A DNA stretch of 64,000 nucleotides, from positions 16,678,001 to 16,742,000 of the forward strand of contig NC_043003.1 in the NCBI RefSeq assembly GCF_006345805.1, given 5' to 3'. Positions 24,121-36,689 of this stretch are shown in pieces (the stretch's first letter is position 1; every line of letters starts with the position of its first letter). The notes beneath the pieces are model-generated. The model saw only the letters and a program-made list of their open reading frames with translations, did no database searches and was not told where the DNA came from. Source of the stretch: Octopus sinensis (taxonomy: Eukaryota). The position numbers were made by a program, and so were the translations under genes.

Positions 24121-24470
24121 TTAAGACCTGATATAATGATTTTGGATAGAGAAGAGAAACTATGCACAGTTGTGGGAATTAACTGCCCAGCGGATGTTAA
24201 CATAAAGCTGGAGATCAGTGTAAGAGAGAACACCTATGCTGGACTATTGAGAAATCTGCAGTTATTCTATCCAGATTAAAAGTTCAGGTTAATATTTGTA
24301 ATTACTGGGGCCCTGGATATGTAACACACTGCCTAAATACCAATCGTAAGAAATTAAGGCTTACTAAAATCAGAAAGGAAAAAGCCAATTCGAAGACTAC
24401 AGATCCAATCCATCACTAGAACTGTAAAAACATTAAAAATCTGTGAAACTTTCCAGAAGTTTATCATTTA
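24120..24470 (+). mobile_element. RLE-type non-LTR retroelement C-terminal fragment
   Basis: LRPDIMILDREEKLCTVVGINCPADVNI..RENTYAGL...VITGALGYV, a PD..D/E..K-like RLE signature. Confidence 0.6.
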
Positions 24471-24649
24471 AATATATATGAGCATGTGTAGATATGCAAC
24501 TATAGAATACACACATAGAACATACAAATCTGCACATACATACGTACATACGTACGTACATACATACATACATACATACATACATACAAACATACAAACA
24601 TACATACATACCTGCATGTATGCATATATACATACACCCATGTAGATAA

Positions 24650-24830
24650 ATTTCTTTATTGGCCACACAGGGCTAGACACAGAAGGGACAATTACAATGT
24701 AGAGTTTTTCTTTTCGAGGGGAGCGAAAACAAAGTAAAGAACAAAAATAAGGACTACGACCAAAAGGGATCGAAATCGTTGGGGATGTATGCAAAAATGT
24801 CGAAATAGTACAAAAAGTTCCCAAGAAATG
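24650..24830 (-). mobile_element. 3' end of another element carrying the Tx1/SINE-B tail
   Basis: Minus strand ends ttgtcccttctgtgtctagccctgtgtggccaataaagaaat. Confidence 0.55.
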
Positions 24831-25346
24831 GGGAGGTTTATCTGTGGAAAGAAAAACCTACGAAAACACCACAGTAACCTCGGGCAATTACGTCACATAT
24901 TAACATATTTATTTACAAATAAGTAACTCCCTGTTTTAAATTTTTACGGTTCATAGGATCATACTCAAGGTGGCATCGTCATTCATACGTGCCGTCCTTG
25001 CTACATTTACCCATCTTTTTCTGAAACATTCGCTCGACAAAACTTGCCTCTCTACTCACACCTTTCTCTTCAAGTGGTACTTGAAAAAGTTGATGAGAGA
25101 TTGACCAGAGAGGAAAATAGATAGATAGATAGATAGATAGCGATTAACACTACTTATTCGTCAGACTAGGTATGAATTAGAAAATGCTCTAGTTGTTCTG
25201 CTTGAAGAATCTTAGGAAAGACAAGTATGTCTGCTATTCAAGCATTTGTTTTTAAACACCGCAACTTCCTATACCATGTTATTCCATGTTAAGTATCTCC
25301 CAAAAAATTATTGTTACTATTATTTTATGTTCTGAGTTCAAATTCC

Positions 25347-27600
25347 ATCGTCAACAACAGATGGTGGTATGCCCTTAAGAAAGCGGTTAAAGTTGAGAAC
25401 TGGCATCGCGTCCAACGTACAGGCGGCAAGGTTGGCTCTCGACCAACACTTCAATGCCAGACACGAAGGATGCGTTGTCAGAGCTAGGATACGTGCTCTG
25501 AGGAACGAAGTAGTTGGAGCCGCCCGAGAGGCCCGAGTGGTGGATGCGCAACGAGGCAACAGAGCCACCATTAGGTCCCTGACAGATGAACAGGGACGTG
25601 AAGTACTCTAGCCTGAAAGGATGTGTGAGGCCTTTCAACAACACTTTGCCCGACTGTTCGGGACAACTGATGGGTCAGAATGCAGGGTGACTTTTAGTGC
25701 CTACCTGCATGGCCTACCACGACTCTCAGCAAGAAAGGCGCAGTGTTGTGAAAGACCCATCACAGCCACGGACGTACGGAATGCGATGGCAGGCTGCGTG
25801 GTCTGCATGGTCTGCCCTACGAACTTTATTGTCATATGCCAAACTTGTTTGGAGGCGTCTTGGCAGCTGTCTACTGCAACTGGCAGCAAAACGGGAGTAT
25901 CCCTGTCTTTGTAAAGCGAGGAGCGGTGGCACTGCTAAAGAAAGATCCAAACAAGGGGAACATTATAGATAACTTCAGACCCATCACTCTGCTCAACGCA
26001 GATTTGAAAATTTTGGCCAAGGTGTTAGCCGAGAGGTTGGCGCTTGTCATCGAGAAACTAGTCGACAAAGCGCAAACGGGCGCCGTGCCGGGTAGAAGTA
26101 TTCATGACAACCACCATCTGATGCGCTACATCATAGGGTGGTTAAGGAACCAGGCATGGGTGGGGCACTGATCCATTTGGATCAATCAAAAGCTTTCGAT
26201 AGGGTAGATCAACATTACTTGGAGGCTGTCCTTAGAGCGGCTGGTTTCGGTCCCATCTTCCGCAGTTGGATCGCTGCCTTATACAGCGGCATCCGCTCGG
26301 TAGTTCGCGTAAATAGTCATCTATCCAGTCCATTTAACATCATGCATTCGGTTCGTCAAGGATGCCCCCTCTCGTCGCTTCTGTATGTATTGACTCTTGA
26401 GCCACTACTGCTGAAACTGGCGATGCTGAAGGGCATCCCACAAGAACTGAGATGGGGGGAAAGAGTGTGTCTGCTTACGCGGACGAAGTCACCATCATAG
26501 TGTCGAACCACAAGCACATCGACCTGGTCGGCGAGACACTAAAAGAATACGAAGCGGTAATGGGAACAAAAATTAACTGGGAAAAGTCAGTGGGCTTGCG
26601 GCTCGGCACCTGGAGAAACAAGCCAATGCCGTTCACCAGTGCCTCCATCGTGGGACGCTGGACCGACGGACCGGTTAAATTGCTCGGAGTCTGCTTCGGT
26701 CCGGACCTCCAAATGGAGAAGAGCTGGGGCGAAATAATAACTAGGGTGGCCACTCTCACCTAGCAATGAGCCGAGAGGAAGCTATTTCTAAAAGGTCGGG
26801 CGAGGTGGCGAACGCGTACATCGCATCCGTCATCGATTACCGTCTGACCGTCGTGCCTTGTCCTGACCCTACCATCACCAAACTGGAACGTATACTGTTC
26901 TGCTTCTTGTAGAAGGGAAGCGTTCCGAAGGTTAGGCGATTCATTTGCTGTCAACACCCTCTAAATGGGGAGCTAGGTATGCCGTGGTTGATGATGCGCA
27001 GACATGCGCTGAGACTGCGATATCTCCGGCGCTTCATAGACGACAGTGAACAGGTGTGGTCGCCGTTTGTGCTCGTCTCCTTGGCCGAACTGCAGTCGTG
27101 GATCAAACAGAGACCGAGGCTAGGCGAATGGCACCGCGAGTGCGGCGTTGCTCTCAAGCAACTCTATCGCCCAGAACTAAACTTGTGCGACTTCATTACA
27201 ACAAAGGCGTTCTATAGAGGATTAGTGGAGGGGAGGTGCGACGACGTTCTCGGGCAGAATCTGGGCGTCAACGAGGAACACTTGACCCGCCTGTTCAGGA
27301 CAACTTTCGGGTCGGAACCTATGGACAATCACCAGAGATCCCTAGCCTGGTAGTGCTATCGAGAAGCATTACCTGTTCGGGATAAGCTCTACAGGCACGG
27401 TTCGAGACACACCGGACCTATTGCCCGAGATGCGGTCTGAGCGACGAAACTGTCGCAGTGTCCAACCATTCCGTGCAGTGTCCAACCATTCCGTGCAGTG
27501 TCCAACCATTCCGGACCTGTGGGCTTATGCCGAATGGTTGCTGTCACGTGGGGGACGAGCCCGCCTGTCGGCCGAGTTTATCATGACAATTGCCCCACAA
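25347..27600 (+). pseudogene. 5'- and 3'-truncated Tx1-type ORF2 related to the element at 2102-7436
   Basis: Collinear motifs: RWWYALK, NFRPITLLNAD, LDQSKAFD, VRQGCPLSS, AYADEV, GPVKLLGV, MPWLMMRRHALRLR, CPRC; many stops and frameshifts. Confidence 0.9.
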
Positions 27601-27614
27601 CCTTCCCCCCAACA

Positions 27615-27800
27615 TCACTTGACAACCGATGCTGGTGTGTTTACGTCCCCGTAACTTAGCAGCTCGGCAAGAGTGACTGATAGAATAAGCATTAGGCTTA
27701 CAAAGAATAAGTGCTGCGGTCGATTTGCTAGCCTAAAGGCGGTGCTCCAACATGACCACAGTCAAGTGACTGAAACAAATAAAAGAATAAAAGAATACGT
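27615..27800 (+). mobile_element. SINE-A tail fragment at the truncated end of the Tx1 copy
   Basis: cttgacaaccgatgctggtgtgtttacgtcccc...aaagaataaaagaat. Confidence 0.75.
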
Positions 27801-27851
27801 GCCCCAGCATGGCCACAGCTCATGAGCTGAAACTAGAATCAATCAATCAAT

Positions 27852-27882
<31 letters not shown>

Positions 27883-28108
27883 TGAACCTAGAACTATATG
27901 GTTGGGAAGCAAACTTCTTGCCACACAGCTACGCCTGTGCCTATGTATGTATGTATGTATGTATGTGTGTGTGTGTATGTGTGTGTGTGTATGTATGTGC
28001 GCGCGCGTACGTCTATGTCTGTTCTAGATAACCGGTCTTGGATTGTTTTCGTACCCATTATATAGTGGTTCCACAAATTGAGATTGAGAGAAGTACCTGG
28101 CTTTAAAA

Positions 28109-28195
<87 letters not shown>

Positions 28196-29173
28196 TGTGT
28201 GTGTGGTGGGGCGATTTGTTTGACTAATCTCTTCAAGGTAGTGAGTGCCCTGATATGGCTGCAATCCCATGACTGAAACAAATAAAAGATCAAAAATATT
28301 TACAGGTTAGGCCTCCGTAGCAAAGCTTAAAACAAGAGGTTGGGCGTGATTTTTGACGGTTCTACAACACAACACATTTCTGAAAACCATGCTGCGGTCA
28401 ATGTTCAACTGATAATTTACTATCGCCTTTGTTATAAATCTGAATGAACAGCATTTGTAAGGCTACAACAGAAAATTTTCACATCCCAACCGAGTTTAGA
28501 GGGCAAGAGAATTGAGAGAGGAGAGAGGGTTGACGTTCCATGCCAACGGTGCGAGACGAAAGCGAGCGTAACGTCGAGATAGGAGGGGTTCTGGAATCCA
28601 GCAGCAGCAGCAGCGGCGGCAGTAGTAGTAGTTGTGTAGTAGTAGTAGCTCGTAGTAGTAGTAGTAGTAGTTGTTGTTGTTGTAGTGGCGGTGATGACGA
28701 TGTGGGTGATCTTTCGTATGAGAAAAGATGGCTTCTAAATTTTTCAGCGTTGCCAACAAGGAAAGTATCCCTTTAAAGCAGCTTTTTTTTTTCCTTTTTT
28801 CTTTTTTTTGTGACAAACCGGAAAGTTCATTGAGGCGTGAAATGACCGTGGGCGTTGAACAATTATTAGAAAGGTGGGGGAAAGACAAAATCGAAATAAC
28901 CAAAGGTTCACAAGGGAATGGAGTTTGTTGAGTTTCATTACTGGAATACAAATGAGGTGTTTAAAGTTAACTATCTCTTGCTTGTTTCAATCAATGGACT
29001 GAGGCCATGCTGGGGCACCACTTTGAATGGTTTAATTAAATCGTTCTCAACCGGATTCCATATAAAAGTTTGTTGTTAAAATTTATCTGCATTAAAGTTG
29101 CAGAAAATATTGAGTTTCCTTTATGCAAATCCTAATAATATCTCATTATAAAAATATGAATTTTTTAAACATC

Positions 29174-29328
29174 AGGCGTAGGAGTGGCTGTGTGGTAAGT
29201 AGGTTGCTTACGAATCACACAGTTCCGGGTTCAGTCCCACTGCGTGGCACCTATCTTCTACTATAGCCTCGGGTCGACCAAAGCCTTGTGAGTGGATTTC
29301 GTAGACGGAAACTGAAAGAAGCTCATCG

Positions 29329-29388
<60 letters not shown>

Positions 29389-29555
29389 CGTATGTTTGTG
29401 TGTCTGTATTTGTCCCCCCAACATCGCTTGACAACCGACGCTGGTGTGTTTACGTCCCCGTAACTTAGCGGTTCGGCAAAAGCGACCGATAGAATAAGTA
29501 CTAGGCTTACAAAGAATAAGTCGAATGACTGAAACAAGTAAAAGAGTAAAGAGTA
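29174..29555 (+). mobile_element. SINE-A with internal deletions
   Basis: Head, TA repeat and tail as in the other copies. Confidence 0.85.
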
Positions 29556-30147
29556 TATGTTGCCACTCTGTCCGCTGTCGCACGATTTCTAAATTTGTTT
29601 CGAAATTCCTATGGCATTTTTTTACATGCAAAGACGGAACAGCATATATGCAGAGACAAACGATCCTTGATGGAGCATTCTGCAAGCTCATTGTAGCTTG
29701 TTAATGCTGTGAGGGAAACCATCAGTCCTGTAAGCAGTGCTTTCCTCCAGAAATTTGCCCATAAAGAGGAAAATGCTGTTTCGTCTATTTCATGTTGTCT
29801 GCCTTTCCTATGTTTTATTGTAATAATCTTGTATAAGGGATTTTAACGACACTACATGTGCTTTCGAATACCCGTAACTCACCGTAATATTGTTTTTATT
29901 GGTAGCTAGTAGAACTAATAGCCTTTTAGAAAATGTTTTATTGATTACGGTCAGGAAATATTCTACAACAATGGTTTTGACATAAATACTGTATGGTGGG
30001 TTATACTATATCACACTTCGTCAAATAGTGTTTTTAAATGCATTTAGTGTATTATTTTTACTGATGCTTACTGATACATACATAATACGTTCGGTGGGAG
30101 ATTAAATTAGAGGATGATGTCAATAATACATTCTTTTTTTCTTTTTT

Positions 30148-30445
30148 GTCCTTTTCAAGCCTAGCCAGGCTAATGGGCCGGTTTCTTTGGCGTATGTGTC
30201 CCCCCCCCCCGCAGCTGGACGGGACACCAGTCCATCGCAGCGTTACTCAAGAAACAGGAAGAAAGAGTGAGAGAAAGTTGGGGCGAGAGAGTACAACAGG
30301 GGTCGCCACCACCCCCTGCCGGAGCCTCGTGGAGCTTTAGGCGTTTTCGCTCAATAAACACACAAGGCCCGGTCTGGGAATCGAAACCGCGATCTCCCGA
30401 CCGCGAGTTCGCCGCCCTAACCACTGGGCCATTGCGACTCCACCA
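30148..30445 (-). mobile_element. SINE-C with a third tail type
   Basis: Same tRNA-like head at ~30370-30445; tail contains gctggacgggacaccagtccatcgcag on the plus strand. Confidence 0.8.
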
Positions 30446-30639
30446 ATAATGCATTACGGCTGGATATAATCAGGAAGGAATACTGCACTAACAGTATCAG
30501 GAAATCTTCCATTTCGACTCCGACCTCCGAAACTTTTATACTGAAACTGTAGGAAAACTGTAGAGAAAGGAGAAGGATGTGATACACTAGTTGAATACTC
30601 GTGTAGTATATTGGATTTCTGTAGAAGTACGCTCATGAG

Positions 30640-31152
30640 TACCGTAAATTCTCGAGTATAGTCAACCCTTGAGTATAATACGCAGGAGATTTTTAGGGGG
30701 CTGTACTTCTGAAAAACCTAAACCTTGTGTATAATACAAACCCATTCTCTAATTTGAACCAAGGAGGTCTATATAACGTCCTTGGTTTTTAAAAATGTGT
30801 ACGGTAACGTTCTTTATTATTATTATACATATAACATAATGCAAACGTGTAACTTTTCTGTGCACTTTGCTTGTAAAAAATAAAGAAATAACAGTAATAA
30901 CGTTTAATAAATGTTACTTACTGCAAGTTATGGATGATTCTTTTATGACTTCATTGCTTTCAGGCTTAGCTTAAGGTATTTTCGCGTCCGACATCACAAA
31001 ATGCGTTTGGATAAACATTGCCGGACAGCAAATAGAGAATCGTACATTGCTTGGAAAATATTTTTCATTTTTAACCTCGTATATAGTACGCACTAAGGAT
31101 TTGACCTTTAAATTTTGGAAAAAATGCGGATTATACTCGAAGGTTTACGGTA
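30640..31152 (+). mobile_element. Tc1/mariner-superfamily (Tc2/pogo-like) MITE
   Basis: TA-flanked TIRs taccgtaaattctcgagtata ... tatactcgaaggtttacggta. Confidence 0.8.
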
Positions 31153-31418
31153 AGTTTAAAAGAAATATGAAAGATTAAAGTGATATACTGAATTGGTATG
31201 CCGAAATGCAGAAAAAGATCTTGTAACCAAAGAACGAAACATGTCGAAGTGGCAGAAAACTAGAGGGCTATTCGTTTCACATAAGCTACTTAAACCCATT
31301 CCCCTAAGACTAATTTATGTCAATGTTGTGACTTATGAGCATGCTTGAAGGGAAAGAATCTAGAAATGTACCGAACTACCATTTATTAATAGTGAAGTTA
31401 GTGTTAACATATCCAATG

Positions 31419-31934
31419 TACTGTAAATCGTCGAGTATAATCCGCATTTTTTCCCAAAATTTAAAGGTCAAAATCCCTCGTGCGTACTATATACGAGGTT
31501 AAAAATGAAAAATATTTTCTAAGCAATGTCCGAGTCTCTATTTGCTGGCCGGCATTGTTTTTTCAGACACATTTTGTGATGTCGGGCGCGAAAATACCTT
31601 AAACTAAGCCTGAAAGCAATGAAGTCATAAAAGAATCATCCATAACTTGCAGTAAGCAACATTTATTAAACGTTATTACTGTTATTTCTTTATTTTCTGC
31701 AAACAAAATGCACAGAAAAGCTACACGTTTGCATTATGTTATATATGCAATAATAATAAAGTACGTTACCGTATACATTTTTACAAACCAAGGACGTTAT
31801 ATAGACCTCCTTGACTCAAGTTAGAGAAGGGGTGCGTATTATACACAAGGTTTAGGTTTTTCAAAGGTACACCCCTCCTAAAAATCCCCTGCGTATTATA
31901 CTCAAGGGCAGACTATACTCGAGGATTTACGGTA
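31419..31934 (-). mobile_element. Second copy of the same MITE, inverted
   Basis: Whole 515 bp is the reverse complement of 30640-31152; TA-flanked TIRs. Confidence 0.8.
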
Positions 31935-32259
31935 CTCTTATTGAATCACCTCCAAAACTATCATACCAAATGCAAAAGTTGAAAATTAATAGACATGCGA
32001 GTGCTCCCATAATCTTTCTGTCTTTGACTAACTCATATTCTCACTGTCTCTCCTAGGCCTCTTGATAAGGCTTGAGTGTTAACATGAAGAAAGAAACAAC
32101 AAATATATATTGCGTATGTTCATACTGTTTAATAAAATATTGCAACAACAACAATAATTATAATGATAAACAATACGAAGAGAAAAGAGAAGAAAAAGAA
32201 AGAAAAGAAAAAAGTAAAGGCAATAGAAATATATTTAATCATACAATTTTGTGTAAATA

Positions 32260-32930
32260 CTAGATGAATATCCCGTCGTTGCCGGGTAATTTTCACAACA
32301 GAATGCCTTAACAGACTTTCGGAATAGCACACCCATGTAAGAGGGATTTTCTCCGTGTTGACTGGGATTTTTAAATTTGTTTTTCACCACTCTTGCAAAT
32401 GATGGGAGCAAAGCTTTTCAATGACAACAAATTTTGAAAACTTATGAATTGCCCCTTTCCCGCCTTCTGGACCGATTTTGTCCACTTTTATTTATTATTT
32501 TTTTTTTGGCACTACGCACTTAAAAACAAGGGAGACGCCTTTCGATGAAAGGAAGAAAAAAAAAATTAATTCATGAATTTTTTAATTCACGGAGAAACCT
32601 TAAAATTAAAAAAAAAAAAGAAAAATATATTTGGAATTCGTTGATGACCATTTGCAATTCCCACTTCCTTTATTTTTTATTTTCAGATAGAAAATGAAAC
32701 GTAAGTTAAAAACAATAGTGGAAAAAAAAAAAAAAAAAGATTAACCCCGCCTGCCCCCACAATAAATCCAAAAGTTTCGGCGTTTTCCGAAATATTTTAA
32801 AATTTAGTTTTAATATACAGCTAGTCCGAATCCGCAATTTGCTTTAGCTTATAATTTCAACATAGTTTTCAGATGAAAAGGTGTGTGATTTAAGGGAGAT
32901 TAAGCTGTTGTTTCTAACACATCCCACAAC
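32260..32930 (-). mobile_element. Helitron-like non-autonomous element (5' end uncertain)
   Basis: Minus-strand 3' end: hairpin cccg-gcaacga-cggg, short spacer, CTAG, then T. Confidence 0.45.
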
Positions 32931-32974
32931 CACTCGATACCGTCCCCGTTTCCTTGTCACTGACATGTATTTGA

Positions 32975-33372
32975 AGGCGGCGAGCTGGTGGAGATGCTAG
33001 CACACCGGGCGAAATGCTTTCGGTATTTTGTCTGTCTACGTTCTGAGTTCAAATTCCGCCGAGGTCGACTTTGTCGTCCATCCTTCCGGGGTCGATAAAT
33101 TAAGTACCAGTTACGCACTGGGGTCGATGTAATCGACTTAATACCTATGTCTGTCCTTGTTTGTCCCCTCTATGTTTAGCCCCTTGTGGGTAATAAAGAA
33201 ATAGGTATTTCGTCTGTCTTTACGTTCTGAGTTCAAATTCCTCCAAGGTCGACTTTGTCGTCCATCCTTCCGGGGTCGATAAATTAAGCACCAGTTGCGT
33301 ACTGGAGTCAATCTAATCGACTGCCCGACCCTGCCAAAAAATTTCGGGCCTTGTGCCTAGAATAGAAAAGAA
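32975..33372 (+). mobile_element. SINE-B dimer (tail-1 then tail-2)
   Basis: Junction aaagaaataggtatttcgtctg at ~33195-33216. Confidence 0.85.
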
Positions 33373-34377
33373 TATTTTTCTCCTCGGAAACACGTTTTAT
33401 GAAATGATGATGCGGCGGTCGACTGACTGATGGGATTTAAACAGCAGCAAAAGATTATTTAAACCGTTAGCTCCATCACACTTTAAACGAGTCTGCGCGC
33501 GTGTGTACGAAAAAAGCATTTACTAACAGAAAAGTATGCTATTAAAATAGATATTTTGCATACCGCTTTTTAAATCACTCCGTCGCTTTAATGGAATTCC
33601 TTACGCGCGCGCACACACACTGACAAAAGCACAGAGTGAGCGAAAAGCTTTTATACAAAGCAACAAAGAGATTACAAACGTCAAATGAATGAAATTGAAT
33701 AAAATCTGAAATGACGAAACGATAAATAATCTTCACAAAAAAAGAATTTTCTCTATGCCAGTGTTTGTGTGTGTGTACGTCAAAAAGTCGACGTTTTTTT
33801 TTCATGGAGAGAGATAGAGAGAGAGCATGAAGACTATGTGTATATGTCAGAGATTGCGTACGTGTGTTTATGCTGATTCACACGCTATGACATTCATTCA
33901 TTCATATGTGTGTGTATTCTCGATTTATGTTGGTTGCACAACAGAACAATCAAACAAAAGGTTTAATGGGCACAGATATGACGTCACTCACAATAAGAGT
34001 AGTTCGACAAAACTTGCCGAACATTTTACATCAAACGGCTGCAATTTTGAAAAAGACTTGAAAGTACATATTCTCAGAAAACATTCTGAATCTGCTACAC
34101 TTTCAGTGCTCAAAATGCATGAGAAAAAATATGTTTGCGAGTTAACATCACGTCCTGGAAGAATGAATAAAATGACAAGAGAATTTCATCATATTTCCAC
34201 AAAACTTTGATTAAATGTACTTCTTTTTCCATTTTTGTCTTTTCTTTTCTCTTTTTCTTTCTTCTTTTTCACAGTTGTAAACTAGAAAATTGAAGACCGA
34301 TGTCATCCCATCAACGTGGGAGCACTGGCTGTCTCGTTCAAATTTCGAATTTGAATTTCTATGTATATCGTTTCATT

Positions 34378-34420
34378 TTGAACTCGACAATGACAGGCTA
34401 GCTGTCGAAATATCCTTCAA
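34378..34420 (+). ncRNA. Candidate variant minimal hammerhead ribozyme (core UCGACAA)
   Basis: ttgaac-TCGACAA-t-gacag/ctgtc-GAAA-TATC-cttcaa; stem II intact. Confidence 0.5.
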
Positions 34421-36017
34421 TTCAAATTCGTACATGGTCATGAACTGATACTCTGGATACGGTTCATTGACGACATCTTTTTTGTCAGGGAAGGATCACT
34501 GGATAACTTAGCTGACTTCTTACATTTCTGTGACTGTTACCACCATGACCGATATCCAAACTACAATGGAGAAGAAAGCTAGCCACTGGATTTGGTTAAA
34601 AAGAGACGATGAGCGATGGCTAGAAGAATATTGAGCTTTATTTAATAACCAGCTGATCTAGCAAGCGGGGTCTCATATCAGTGAGGGAGGGGGGCGGTGC
34701 GCATCGATGCCGTCGAGAGGTAGGCCCCGAAACGGCGCGCATTCTCTCCTGATGACCCCATACGCTTGCTAGCTTCCGGTATGCGGAGTTTTTGACTGGT
34801 AGCACTTGCATGTGCAAGTTGTTTGCAAGGCATCTAAAATCTATGGTTTTAAGTCCAACCTAAAATTTATGTCCCGTTTTTCAAAAACTAGTGTTGAATT
34901 TTTGGACACAAAAGTTATGTTTCCTGGAGGCAGAATAGTGACAGTTATTTTGCAGGTTCACGTCATTCCACAATTACCTACACTACCGCTCCAATCATCC
35001 AATTTTTGAGGATACAACGGATTTGTATTGATATAGGTGATTACTGGAAACATGCACATGCTTTTGTACACCATTATGTCAAACGCGGTTACAGTGAATC
35101 ACGATAAAAAAGGAAAATGCAAATGACATAGCTAAGATTAGCAAAGTAAGTCAAACCTTCACGCGCAATTTTTGTAAACAAAGTACAATATTTGACAGAA
35201 TTCCTTTAGTGATTAACTGGAACAGAAGTTTCGCTGGCATTTCAAACTTGTTACATGAAAGTTACCGGCATATTGCGGAAAAATATCCTCGTTTCAAACA
35301 TATGTTTCCTTTGGCGCCTATTGTAACCTTTAGACGGAACAAAAATATAAGAAGCTATTAACCTCTACTTCTGTCTCCTAGAAAACTGGAGTTTCTGCAC
35401 GCTGTACCTTGAAAAACAGCCGCAAGAGAGATAATCCCCGTTCATTGTGCAAGAACATGAGTCAAATGGATTCCATTAGGAATCGTAACAGGAATGTTAT
35501 GATTTATTAGGAAGGTGTTGTACGCAGCAGAATGCATCAAACACAACTCGATTTATGTTGGTTGTGCAACAGAACAATCAAACAAAAGATTCAACGGGCA
35601 CAGATATGACGTCACTCACAATAAGGGTAGTTCGACAAAACTTGCCGAAAATTTTACATCAAACGGCTGCAATTTTGGATAAAGACTTGAAAGTGCATAT
35701 TCTCAGAAAATATTCTGAATCTGCTACACTTTCAGTGCTCAAAATGCATGAGGAAAAATATGTTTGTGAGTTATCACGCCCTGGAAGGATGAATAAATGG
35801 CAGGAGTTCATCATATTTACACAAAGCTGTTTCATTAAATATACTTCTTTTTCCTTTTCTTTTTTCTCTTTTTTCCTTCTGTTTCTTTTTGTCGGTTGTA
35901 AACTTGAAAATTGAAGACTGATGGTGTCATTCCACCAACGTGGGAGCGATGGTTACCTCGTTCAAATTTTGAATTTGAATTTCTTTAGTTTTGAATTTCT
36001 ATGTATCACTTTTCATT

Positions 36018-36060
36018 TTGAACTCGACAAACACAGACTTGCTGTCGAAATATCGTTCAA
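36018..36060 (+). ncRNA. Second copy of the variant hammerhead
   Basis: ttgaac/gttcaa 6-bp stem I, core TCGACAA, acag/ctgt stem II, GAAA-TATC. Confidence 0.5.
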
Positions 36061-36204
36061 CCAATAAAATATCTATTGCAATCGCATCGCGCTCTTCGTA
36101 TTGTCTATTTACCTTCTTGAGGAGTTATCTTAGTCCTTTTAAAATATGATGATGATGATGATTAAAAAAAAAAATTATTATAATAATAATAATAATAATA
36201 ATAA

Positions 36205-36385
36205 TAATTTTGGCACAAGGATACCAAATTCGGGGGAGGGGGTAAGTCGATTACATAGACCCTAATACTCAACTAGTACTTAGTTTATCGACCCCGAAGT
36301 AACGACAGTCAATGTCGACTTCGGCGGAATTTGAACTCAGAACATAAAGACAGGCGAAATGCTGCTAAGCATTCTGCTCGGCGAC
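36205..36385 (-). mobile_element. SINE-B, tail-2 type
   Basis: Reverse complement of head, B-box and body; ends at (AAT)n. Confidence 0.7.
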
Positions 36386-36689
36386 CTCACGGTCTCAACA
36401 TAAAAAAAATAAAAAAAATGAATGTTAAACAAGAGATAACAGAGGCGTTTGGGGCACGGCAAAATCGTTAAATACGAAGGCAGAGGTAGAAGATATAAAA
36501 CATTTATATAAAGAGACCAGTTAAAAATATATAGAAACAGAATAATTAAGAAAAAAAGTGTAATATAGAACACATAAATTAAAACATAAGGCTTTAATCA
36601 GAAAACATTTTTACTTGCTGGGTCTGGAGGAAGGTGTAATGTCGATATGTTTGCAGGTCCTCCGGGACCAGTAAGATTAATAACTCGAT

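Larger units (their letters stand above)
33900..36065 (+). mobile_element. Penelope-like element, decayed: duplicated GIY-YIG/pseudo-LTR (33900-34425 and 35545-36065) flanking RT remnants
   Basis: IYVGCTTEQSNKRFNGHR (GIY-YIG) twice; WIRFIDDIFF, SKTSVEFLDTKV, LHYRSNHP RT motifs. Confidence 0.8.

Noticed and set aside
27455-27513. 20-bp unit repeated ~3 times
   Set aside because: Simple slippage duplication inside the dead Tx1 ORF2; no spacers.
28540-28951. Short ORFs around CAG/TAG repeats as a host first exon
   Set aside because: Dominated by microsatellite, with no recognisable domain or convincing splice pair.
34705-34760. Cis hammerhead from GUC, GAAAC and CUGAUGA
   Set aside because: The motif order is not a valid circular permutation and stem II cannot pair; kept only as a hairpin finding.
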